Positions 49,801-56,900 of a stretch of DNA of 64,000 nucleotides are shown here, in pieces. Location: IMG/VR virus record IMGVR_UViG_3300042922_000643, positions 62,001-126,000 of that record, one strand, 5' to 3'. Positions within the stretch are counted from its first letter, which is position 1, and each line of letters begins with the position of its first letter. A program made the translations under genes and the position numbers. The notes under the pieces are model-generated. The model had not been told where the DNA came from. It made no database searches and saw only the letters and a list, made by a program, of their open reading frames with translations.

Positions 49801-49815
49801 GAAATTGCTACTCAC
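40888..49815 (-). CDS. Giant (2975 aa) tail protein: TIM-barrel-like N-terminal domain, repeat shaft, YVTN beta-propeller, discoidin-like domain, fibre tip
   Basis: 10-aa repeats of IAAGAVxADK type; YAYVT/LVYVT/MLYVT/KIFVT blades; KIESSEDGVSW...TRYMRF. Confidence 0.85.
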   Translation of the reverse strand: MSSNFPNQFDLFETKVNATSANDPLGDYVMAEDVNDLQDSITAIENVLGLNPQGASTSVSDRISQLEGLRLLRVPPVLFYNGVVDGINGSLNIDEAVTQYLKYDHVILAEGLQMISNSKHGTTISLIQKVREARSVKFYGTLSSGFLGLTLAEIQTMIGQWKAMGVTGIYCGNFGYENGVSRELQNQILNSIHEQNLVAILNAENPDELFSETGDTIYNPDWLPSAAQQGDIYFYDTFAIDSRIGEHSLPLSEIKTKMEKMYTYRTSLGIQIFGSSFLSDTLPTTQATTLFEYVHTVALLFSLDALCVTNENYGAVSNEVNLYYPPAITGNWYSKNPLIKVASPFYSRETVFGKITVNASNESFIVEGASIPSNLIRFIGNSIDGAALMNASIEDIKIASYDGSRLVTSINNAPAEYTFSVSRISGLLDGDGGIDSEFLEANVIQAINANIGKAVIESAVIGDLDASHIKTGTLDANRISASVVSALNIYAATMQAGDAQISNAVIGTLTADHIKAAVIEAINISSENITAEKLKATVVEAINISASDISAERMRANIVTAINIYADQMDVNSARINVATIGELTANHIVAAVIDAINLNADTAKINGAKIGELEARSIEAIVIHAINISTEQALIDSARIGELTADKITAGVIDAINLYAGNAVIGEAKIGNLSAEKITAGNIDANRMTANVVDAVNLKAGIATVGAAIINSAAIGVLGADHIQAAVISAINLSTEHATIHAAKIGVLEAGNIKADSIDASKLTADSVTSEKILAGAIQAVHIEADAITADKIAANAVEADTIKAGAVVAGKIAADAIIAGNIAADVIGTRELKADAVEAENIKAGSVVADKIAAGAVETDKLDAGAVVADKIAAGAIETDKLHAGAVVADKIAADAIETVHIKAGAVDTEALAARSVTAEKIAVGSIVAENIFAGTITSNLIAAGAITSDLVAANAIQTTHISTAGLDAGVIKTGKLDSSVINTDTLTVKHIQAGVITTDNISTGGLDAAVITSGYIDSARIKIGSIDASTIKAGTITSVQIAANAITTNNIQAGAITGDIIQAGSITAQHISAQGIDANIISVFGKAGETLIGDGYLRVDGFDVGVIQSDNLVGNGMFMTASSSFGYLKKNPDGEALLGSGLNTEGAHELWKIDLSTNTVAGKLLIPGKKPSFIGIGKTLGAPTMLDDVGRYAYVTVQGNDTLVQVDLDPNNFSLTGKTLNLGKGPGRIKYTGNKLGDHKHFFVVNSDPTDVNAPDSFIVIDAPPVSDDITGDGVPDLYVHHQIVTGNTPYDFVLTDDKLVYVTLADQGDILILSMTDFPTMYWKAVGSISISPHGMDNYHGGLSTRFGLGYAVGGDAASTTEATAPTGEHNHGGYGSAISDEDKWSPHGIAVSTDQSMLYVTDHDRGELIAIGRITPHMDHSIGGMEDGGGGHSHYSTVRNTPNYGGEIHARIKVGDSPEFIQVANGKIFVTLLGSDSVAVFDESTVMMDTKPRKLIQVGLKPLDMVVNAAGTELLVSINGENRVARINIATETIVGYIDAGANVMGLAIDVGWDGKEYLYLVNNGGTGSLSFVYPEGNYIGDPYLGLEGSVEYQGAEHWAPNRTDWVYEDAEKKNVRDYALVEFRVNEPFLNEGGYARLLVAGKDSQQAEIQQDLYNVVNYSNGNTLDLYARDQLSRGIGSSSHIFFPKMDWADPSDPAYTQMTPVTPEFRVYTGVLVPIIKELLTADTNRKVFTPQYEWVEKPAPVIQFSKDNGVTFEDTNMPSKIYYEDGAKIEFDTSIPVGTKVYAVSYSYRESYICPPELYTVYYNKFANPASSRVEFQQAVVPAEGRVDAKYSYILNSHHKNHNGSVLIAMNESSSKNFSAQFIIEEFVPKFVVMDNLTTGVFTPIEDGVDQEYEAPHYSFTSSDKSVRSRELPVAQISTNGTWVLQDMDPTDERAAEAVDGKYPKNVFTWDFRKNADGAIFRGAHNNSKRYVTVTGSGVKTVTIDLVKTYMVGHCDVWMEWDTKFPLGRTYTYTFWGGVEQRDFVTKTYKNVKIESSEDGVSWFTWLDMPSWNANWFGAHTAIGIEPEVPNGKTNLYASIISKPTRYMRFSTTGWEARDPDTGTVLLDGNGNEIKGDTMDIAHCHAYADWEVEYDYMYPAGSEYEGEQMASNGRSVVTTDIPKAYVSIDIDIEYTSWWYMTYLIGPEFGEALVKMPTVMGGSHSLFYQATYLNKIEHRHTMSMPPGKHRVLIQQNSGKISLDRIRFEDYQYSGRSTVQTLTNTSPSTFTRYKIVADQTRNYIGKGKQSTEGAFDRVYLNPDTQLPDFRVPLKYRFKVRAGLNNPTGSLLPEVERGLIYVTSAIFETGKQSTSWRMSQTSDSFPGSRIEAWNPSFPHKTGIQSFHLANGAVRGPKILPSAIMDYHISPYAKIGEYKLDLNYDTHYHGHFHEDGSFLDNKSILDTVHGWGILDAMKVELPHSGVLERMARADHWHPEYLSVGAGGIITADLTINANLIMGSGFTVDGVDISAHASDTTIHLAPGDRTKLTDIATGAHKVTDPTPGDGVITLTNGAGTTSTITVYTHPTGAGSNHIPAGGASTNVLKWSAAGTAVWSTVGWTEVSDKPTEFTPPIASATVLGGVKIGANISVAADGTISSTATYVHPTGAGYNHIPAGGATGNFLKWSSAGTASWTSVAWGDLTGVPSAFTPTAHNQTVSTITDISTYYARLGAANTLVDTLTLTKAGLGLKIQPSAALTNTVLMQVAKSTGESLFTIDSEGDISVAGNLNVTGTTTYVGSTQVDGDYTISGNLTVQGSTTIGTGDETDIIRVNGELRLLNTLRMMFSFPVYGPGDLPIEVSSTTFDTIIEDYGTFLTGPGRLLEHPSGGERWYVLLVRYNDEPGSTSTLRIVQDGTTTSAVTLTNPTDFDLPNVGKGVGGGARTWTSAPFQSSFTGDTIFQVKRNTAGSAIQIKHIEVIVYDKFTS
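41740..42100 (-). repeat. Tandem coding repeat Y(T/V)HPTGAG.NHIPAGGA...LKWS.AGTA.W
   Basis: Two copies in the translation; boundaries approximate. Confidence 0.75.
46560..48500 (-). repeat. Degenerate periodic coding repeat region (fibre shaft)
   Basis: IGxLxAxxIxAxVIxAIN units grading into 10-aa IxAxAxxxDK units; boundaries approximate. Confidence 0.85.
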
Positions 49816-49828
49816 GTATTCTCACCCC

Positions 49829-50017
49829 CTATTTCTTTTTAACAACACCATTACGTCCATCAAAAGCCATCCATTTTCTTTTATCTTCATCCCAGTATTG
49901 GATTTCAAAATATTCAATATCTGCACCCTCTAAGTAAGACCAAGACAAGGTCGTTGTGTTTGTTTCCGAGTCGTATTGTTGAGAGATGCCAAGCGGTATA
50001 TTGTTAGGCAAGGACAT
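49829..50017 (-). CDS. Small protein resembling half of an FN3 domain
   Basis: TTTLSWSY...IEYFEIQYWD; AAAGGGGAG RBS. Confidence 0.65.
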   Translation of the reverse strand: MSLPNNIPLGISQQYDSETNTTTLSWSYLEGADIEYFEIQYWDEDKRKWMAFDGRNGVVKKK

Positions 50018-50034
50018 TATTTATCTCCCCTTTC

Positions 50035-50064
50035 AAAAAAAGACTACCCACTTAGAGGTAGTCT
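50035..50064 (-). terminator. Rho-independent terminator overlapping a candidate promoter
   Basis: AGACTACC/GGTAGTCT stem followed by a T-run. Confidence 0.85.
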
Positions 50065-50093
50065 AGTCAAGCGATTATTCAATAATGAGGCCT

Positions 50094-53000
50094 TTATGAG
50101 AATTTCTCCACAGTAATGCGAATATTATGAGTTGCTGGGATCGTAATATCCGCGGCGGTACTGTTTCCAATACGAAGCTTTATCTTACCTGCTTCTGTGA
50201 TATAAGGATTCCACATCAACCCCTCAGGCAGATTATACATTACTACCCGAACATCATCATTCAGTGCTGCATTTGCCATGGTCAAATCAATAGTTGTTGT
50301 GGAGTGGGCTGGAATACTTAAGGTGGGAATCGCAGTCGTCAGGTTATAACTCGCTAATAGAGTAGAGAATACACCTGTTGATACTGTTCCGCCACCGATC
50401 TTTACAGAATCTGCTGCAAAAGAGCCAGTAATAATTCCTGTCCATGTCGTGCCCCAATCTATCGACTGCTCTTGTTTGCCGCTCGTTTCCCGATAGATTG
50501 TTCCGCCCACTAGATATTTTGATACCCAGGAGTCTCTCCAGTGTGCATGGCCAAGTGAGGATTTAGACTGCACAAGCATAGGGGCACTTGTCCATGCTAC
50601 GTTATTAAATTTGACATTTGATTCGTACATCGTTGCTCTTTCGTGGATCTCCATCAAACTACCATTTCCTGCGATATCGATAGCTTTTGCTGATTTCCAT
50701 ACGCCTTTGATCCCATTGTTCTCAAAGATAACACGAGATTGTTGTGCGCCCGTCCCCTTCCAAATTGCCAGAGGTGCAGCGGTAAGTCCAGCACCAGAAG
50801 TATCGGTCATTAAGAAGCTGGAGTTTCGTACAGTCATCGAAACCTGACCAAAGGATCTGAATGCGTGCATATGACGGATACCCTCAAAATCGATACCATC
50901 AAAGATGATATTGCTTGATGTGCCTGTCGCGGAAGTGATTAGATCTTTACCTATAATAACTGCGCCAGAATCATCATCATCTGCGGATCGGAATTGTCCA
51001 CCAGAGATTTGTCCACCGAAGAAGTGCCACCCACCGCCATCAGGAGAGATCTGAATACCAGCCGTATTTCCTGTTAGCCAGAAGTTGTAGAAATTCATAT
51101 CACTACCACTAGATACTCCCGCTCTAAGATTCAAACCAATAGCACCAAGCTGGGCCCTACAGTTGTAATAAACAGTACCGTAGCAGTTATCAATCATGTC
51201 GAAAGCGATAGGTATTCTTTTAACTGTTACACTGTGGACTTCAAACTGACGCATACCTCTTAGAAGTAAGCCCCTATTGGTACCCGTAGCATTACTTGTC
51301 GGTCCTTCGATAAAAATGTCTTTGATGTACCCTGAAGGAGCTACTCCTGATCCACCACCAGAAGTTCCATTCTGGATCGTAAGAACATCATAAGCAGTTG
51401 AACTTGTAGGAAGAATGCGTGTGGAAGTTCCTCCAGCTCCATAGATCATAATGTTCTCATCTGTAGCAGTACCTGTATATTTGGAAGTATCTGCAACAAG
51501 GCCTGCTGAAATCTTATAGTTACCCGCAGGGATGTAAAGAGGAATACGTAACTCTGCCATTTTGTTCAGTGCAGCTTGCAGGGTTACCGTATCGTCAGTC
51601 GTGTTGTCTCCCTTTACATTGAAATCTAAAACGGCATTAATGTATCCTCTATCAGTATAGGTCATAATAGCGGCACCGCCGCCTGCTGCAATGAAATCAG
51701 CAACTTGAGTAACTGTAATCGATTTAGTCGTAGGTAATAGCTGACTCCAGCCTCTACTGGTTTGCCCTATAATCCCGTCGTAATCACCCATCATAGACAG
51801 GTAATAAGTTGAGCCTAGAATGTCACCTTCAAGCTTGTAGTAGTTGGTACACCCATCATAGCTCGGATTTGTAATCATAAACGTACTATTCCCAGCAGAT
51901 AGATCAACAGCTACTGTATAGTTGAAGAATTTAGGTAGACTCAGCTCAAACCCAACTACACGATTCAGTTTAATCGCCATAGGTTGTTTCGTACTTTCCC
52001 AATGTTTAAAGCTACAGTTTCTGAACGAAATACCTGTAGGTGCTGTTCCTTCAAGGTCACCAATCTCTAGCGGTATTCCGCCATTGCCTTCGATATTGAC
52101 TGTATCAAAAGTAACTGTGCGTGTCTGTCCGCCAACGATCTTGACACCTCCAAGTGCATTACGTTCAATTGCACCGCCTACAAAGTTAAATACGTCAGGT
52201 GTATTTAAGTAAATGCCAAGGCCAGCGTTATCCTTGATGATACAGTTGTAGTGATTCGAAGGAGTTGCGGATACCACAAAGTAAGGTAATTCCCAGCCGT
52301 TGAAATTATACTCAACTTTGACATTCTCAAAGTGTGTGTACCAACTACAACGTTCACTGACTCCAAGATAGTGATTACGGATATCAACATTAACTATAGC
52401 TACTGTATGACAGAGGAATAGCTCCAGCGCAATCCTAGTGAAAGGTAGTGCCGTTAGCGATCCCGCATATGCAGAAGTCAGAGTTAAGTTGTTTAATCCC
52501 CAAGTATCAATGTATTCATTGCGAACGTCGGTATATGTATTCCCTTCACCGATAGCTTTAATTGAAGGCCACACAGACTCGTAAGAGACAAGCTTTGTGC
52601 CTGAACGATCTACGCCTCCTAGAGTAACACCATCTTTGAGCCAGATTCTGCCGAAACGATACGTTCCTTCATGGAGCGGGATTCTGCCGCCGCCTTGCTC
52701 AAAAGCATAGTCGATAGCGGCTTGAAGACCTACTGTTTCGTCATGACGAACTACAGCGGTGGAAACAGTAATAGTAGCAGCATCCTCTAGAGTAACGACC
52801 TTCGTTGTAGTATCGATTGCGATGATCTTGGATACAAGTTCTCCAACGCCACTTTTCATTGTCTTAATATCAAGTACGACCCCTGTTAGACCTGGGTCAT
52901 AAGTAAGAGCTGTCTGCGCTCCTGGAGTACTACACTCATATGCCATTACAGTATCGGAAGCGGAATACTTAGTCCAGCCTGTGAGATTAGCTCCTCCATT

Positions 53001-53978
53001 AAGAGTGTTTTTAATAGAAGTAATGCTGCCAGTACCTTCTTGAAACTCTGTGAAGTTTGCATAAAGAGTACCGAACCCAAATACTTGGTGGCCATACTTT
53101 CTAGACCCAGAAGTGTTTGACGTAAAACGAACAACATTTGCTGAGGGATTACTGATTGTCCATCCTGTCCAAAGGTTTGTAAAATAGGAATCTGTCTTCA
53201 ATCGATTAGCAAAAGCTGATGCCGTTTCTCCATTATAGACAGTAATGTACTTGGTATTCCACTCTAAAGAAATACCAAATTGCCCCTCACGATCACTCGT
53301 ACCTACGAATGTAAGGTCCATAATCTGAGGCCTTGCAGTAATTGTGTAACTAGCTGTCGTTGCACCAGAACTAATGGTCAATGTTCCAGACGCTGTTGGG
53401 GGCGATTTGATTTCAATAAAGGACATAAACTTTTCTTTTGCTGCCCCCGCAACAGCAAGGTATTGGTCAACCTCAAAGCTGTCTATAGACGCAAGCGTTA
53501 AGTCTTTGGAACCATCCGTAATGCTCCCAGCCGTTGTTCTTACTGAACCGCTGATCTTATAATCGTCAAGATTAATAAGGTTTTTCCTCTTTACAAACTT
53601 TTGTTCAGAGGTATCAATCCTCGTGTTCATACTCTCTATGTCAGTAAGGATGTCTTGCAGTTCCGTATTGGCCGTTGTAAGACTAACGCTAAGATCATCT
53701 AGGTTAGTGTTGAGCTCTATAACGTCTGCCTCTGTAGAACTTGTTCTTGATCTCAGCTCTGTGTCATCATAGACTGTAAGATTGTAGCCATCAACAGAGA
53801 GTTTCCCATTGATGACTGACGATCCCACAACTGAACCTTTGTTGTCATACAAATACATGTCATTGTCGATAAGCTGCTTCATCGTCTCATTGAAAACATC
53901 CGCGTGGACCTTATCCGTGGTCTCGAATTTACGTAGAAGCTCATTATAAACACGCGAGTTGGTTTCATGGTTAGCCAT
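50094..53978 (-). CDS. Tailspike with two pectate-lyase-like beta-helix (depolymerase) domains
   Basis: N-terminal anchor RKFETTDKVHADVFN..KQLIDND; DETVGLQAAID...GTYR and DFNVKGDNTTDDTVTLQAALN...LYIPAGNYKIS. Confidence 0.85.
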   Translation of the reverse strand: MANHETNSRVYNELLRKFETTDKVHADVFNETMKQLIDNDMYLYDNKGSVVGSSVINGKLSVDGYNLTVYDDTELRSRTSSTEADVIELNTNLDDLSVSLTTANTELQDILTDIESMNTRIDTSEQKFVKRKNLINLDDYKISGSVRTTAGSITDGSKDLTLASIDSFEVDQYLAVAGAAKEKFMSFIEIKSPPTASGTLTISSGATTASYTITARPQIMDLTFVGTSDREGQFGISLEWNTKYITVYNGETASAFANRLKTDSYFTNLWTGWTISNPSANVVRFTSNTSGSRKYGHQVFGFGTLYANFTEFQEGTGSITSIKNTLNGGANLTGWTKYSASDTVMAYECSTPGAQTALTYDPGLTGVVLDIKTMKSGVGELVSKIIAIDTTTKVVTLEDAATITVSTAVVRHDETVGLQAAIDYAFEQGGGRIPLHEGTYRFGRIWLKDGVTLGGVDRSGTKLVSYESVWPSIKAIGEGNTYTDVRNEYIDTWGLNNLTLTSAYAGSLTALPFTRIALELFLCHTVAIVNVDIRNHYLGVSERCSWYTHFENVKVEYNFNGWELPYFVVSATPSNHYNCIIKDNAGLGIYLNTPDVFNFVGGAIERNALGGVKIVGGQTRTVTFDTVNIEGNGGIPLEIGDLEGTAPTGISFRNCSFKHWESTKQPMAIKLNRVVGFELSLPKFFNYTVAVDLSAGNSTFMITNPSYDGCTNYYKLEGDILGSTYYLSMMGDYDGIIGQTSRGWSQLLPTTKSITVTQVADFIAAGGGAAIMTYTDRGYINAVLDFNVKGDNTTDDTVTLQAALNKMAELRIPLYIPAGNYKISAGLVADTSKYTGTATDENIMIYGAGGTSTRILPTSSTAYDVLTIQNGTSGGGSGVAPSGYIKDIFIEGPTSNATGTNRGLLLRGMRQFEVHSVTVKRIPIAFDMIDNCYGTVYYNCRAQLGAIGLNLRAGVSSGSDMNFYNFWLTGNTAGIQISPDGGGWHFFGGQISGGQFRSADDDDSGAVIIGKDLITSATGTSSNIIFDGIDFEGIRHMHAFRSFGQVSMTVRNSSFLMTDTSGAGLTAAPLAIWKGTGAQQSRVIFENNGIKGVWKSAKAIDIAGNGSLMEIHERATMYESNVKFNNVAWTSAPMLVQSKSSLGHAHWRDSWVSKYLVGGTIYRETSGKQEQSIDWGTTWTGIITGSFAADSVKIGGGTVSTGVFSTLLASYNLTTAIPTLSIPAHSTTTIDLTMANAALNDDVRVVMYNLPEGLMWNPYITEAGKIKLRIGNSTAADITIPATHNIRITVEKFS

Positions 53979-53983
53979 TCATT

Positions 53984-56900
53984 CTACCCTCCCATATTTA
54001 TAGTCCCATCTAATGTGTTTTCGCCGTCCATGAGGGTGCTCTCAACTGGATCTGTTGTGGTGACAGGATCTACATACTCAATAATATAGTAAACACCGTA
54101 TGCTACATATTTCTTAAGTATATCTATAACCTGTTGCTCATCGAACTGTCCACCATTTATCTTCAAAATTGAATTAGGCAAATTTAAAATAATTACACCA
54201 TTACTGTAATAAGCTTGGCCATCCCATGGCCCCATATCCCAATGGTTCACCACAAGTGGATTCTTTTTCTTCAGCACATCTTTAGATAGACTCTCTTTTA
54301 CGCCGCCGCCGCGGACACGGGCATCCAGAACAGTAGCCTGATTTACATTGGTATGTTCTCGAAGCTGTGCTACACCGATCAAGAGTGCAATACCTGGCAT
54401 AGACTTACGGATCTGATCCCACTCTGCTTTGGAATAGCAATGACGAATAGTGTATGGGTTTGTATCCCCGAAGCTATTGGACTGCGGTACAATATAGATA
54501 TATACCTCCTTATTCATCAGTTTTGAAGTTGGGACTTCTTCATAGCTGAGGATAGGAACACCTGTGAGCTCTCCATTACGAATTACAGGGAGCGTACAGT
54601 AATGACCTTCAGATGGATTGAGGTCTAGATACATATACTTCTCTAGATTTTCATCGTAGTAGCCATTGTACTCTACAAAGTTTTCTTCATAAGAATAAGA
54701 GCAATAGATCTCGTCCTTGAAACTAATGGGAGTATTCAGGTAGAGAAGCCCGCTTTGTGTGTCATAATCTTTAATCGTAACAATCTTATCTACAGAGTAA
54801 AGATAATCGATATACACACTTTCGTTCACGTCTTCCAGAAATTCAACTGTGCCTTCATCATAATTAATTTGGTAGGTGTTGATATCTGCGATGTGATCCT
54901 GATCATTCGTACTTCCTTCAGGGATACGATAAATGACAGGGCTAGGGTAGAGTAGCCAGTTCTCATGGGTAGATACGAAAGTCTTCTTATCTGTAGTTTT
55001 AAGCATCTCTCTCTTTACTCGACCATTACTGTATGTTCGTTTTCTGAGGTCAATATTGTTGTAGGTATAATCAACCATGATCCGTCCTGGCGCTGTTTCC
55101 TCCAGAATGATACGACCACCTTCATAGTCGATATCATACTCACCTACATAATTAATGAAGACACCGTTACCGTTAGTATCCGAGAGAACAACAGGAGGAA
55201 CTGTTTTTACCCAGTTACCAGATAAAGCTTTGAAGATTTTAGCTGTTTCCCCGTCCATCTTTGTCAGTATCTCTCCAGAAGAGGTTCCTTGCTGGATATA
55301 TAAAGGAGAATTCTGGACACGAACTGTAGTGTCGTCAACGTATTCACAGATTTCCTTGTATATGCGGCGGAACGGTTGTCCTGGTTTAAAGATCTGACGA
55401 TCATATTCAGGTAGAGAGTATCGGTGAGTGCCAAATTGTTTTGTTGCGTATGCTGTAGAAAACTCATCATATTCGGCATAGCTAAGACTGTCCTTCGTAA
55501 AACTTCCGTTATGGACACGAGGCAACCACGGATCTCTCTCATCGACTGTCGCAGGGTAGGTCAGGTAAATACGTTCATCACCCTGAGGCTTTGTAGCGTA
55601 TCTGCGTTTGGTAGCTCGGATCGTGTAGTAGTCAGCCCATGCTTGAACAACGACCTCAAGGCGTGCAGTTCCAGCCATCAGCTCAGAATATCCAATCAGG
55701 TTCTCTCCCGATGTACTATAGAAGTAAACGCCAGTCTTCTTATTAAAGAATGCGACATTAACGAATGCATTTTCGCCGCGATCATCTACAGGGTCAACTG
55801 TAACTTCAAAGAAGATTCGGTCTTGATTTGCCCATTCCGCCCCAGCTTTCAAGTCAGGCAGTAGGGTTGTTAAAAGGTCAATAGTCACGATACCGTCAGA
55901 TCTTCGAATATCCATCTTCTTACGACTATAGTTTCCATACTCACGAATATATCTCGCTAACGTATTATCCCATTTATAAACAAATGACTTAATAATACAA
56001 TAGAAGGAAACAGTAGGGTCATAGGTTGTTACATCTGCCGAAGAGAATCCTTCTGTTTTAAGGTCAAAGGTGTCTCCTTTAGGCTTAACTGCGTATGCAT
56101 ATAGAGCAGAACTTCCATCATTATCTGGAGTCATGTACACACTTCCAATGTTATACATTTCCACATAATCCATATAGACCGTACCTTGTCCCGATGTTAA
56201 GAGGCCGATTCGAATTTCGATATCTGTAACTTCGGTCAAACCGAAATTAACCTCGACTTTTGTCCAGTCGCGATCTCCAATAATCAGATTTCCTGTAGCT
56301 AAAATTTCACCATTAGCTTTACGGATCTGGATTGTTGCGCCAGAAGAACTAACGTTTGATGTTTTGATCCAAGCGCTAGAACGATAAGAACCAAGAGGAA
56401 GTTGAGGGACACTGGAACTCCAGTATGCAGCACCTTCGGTAACTGTTGTAATCTTTAGAGCTTTTTCCCCGCGCTCTGAAATATTCGAGATATGTTCGAA
56501 AGTTGCTGTACCTAGCCCCAAATTTGTGCTCCACCCTGAGATCGCATTTAGGTTGGTATTTGTCCAAGATGTTACTGCGGTAGCTGTTGTGCTATCATAA
56601 CTACCAATCTCAAAGTCATTATTTGTCACAACGACCTGGCTGTCAGCTTGAACCTCGGTTTTAAATATGCCCTTTGCTTTGTAATACGAAGACGGCATAT
56701 AGGGGATAAGGGCATCTCTGATACTTTTATTCAGAATCTTTTTGGCTACGATTTGCGTACTATCCATATCGCTACGGTCATCAATATACACAGAGCGATC
56801 TCCATCGTTGTATTCCTGCTTAAACAGGTTATCTCTATGATAAACATACTCGCGCATCCATGGAGTTGTAACGTAATTCTCTTCAGCAATCCCCAGGATC

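Noticed and set aside
24263-49815. Diversity-generating retroelement acting on fibres
   Set aside because: No reverse transcriptase in the window; the repeat pairs examined are both coding and differ at mixed, mostly synonymous positions rather than only at adenines.
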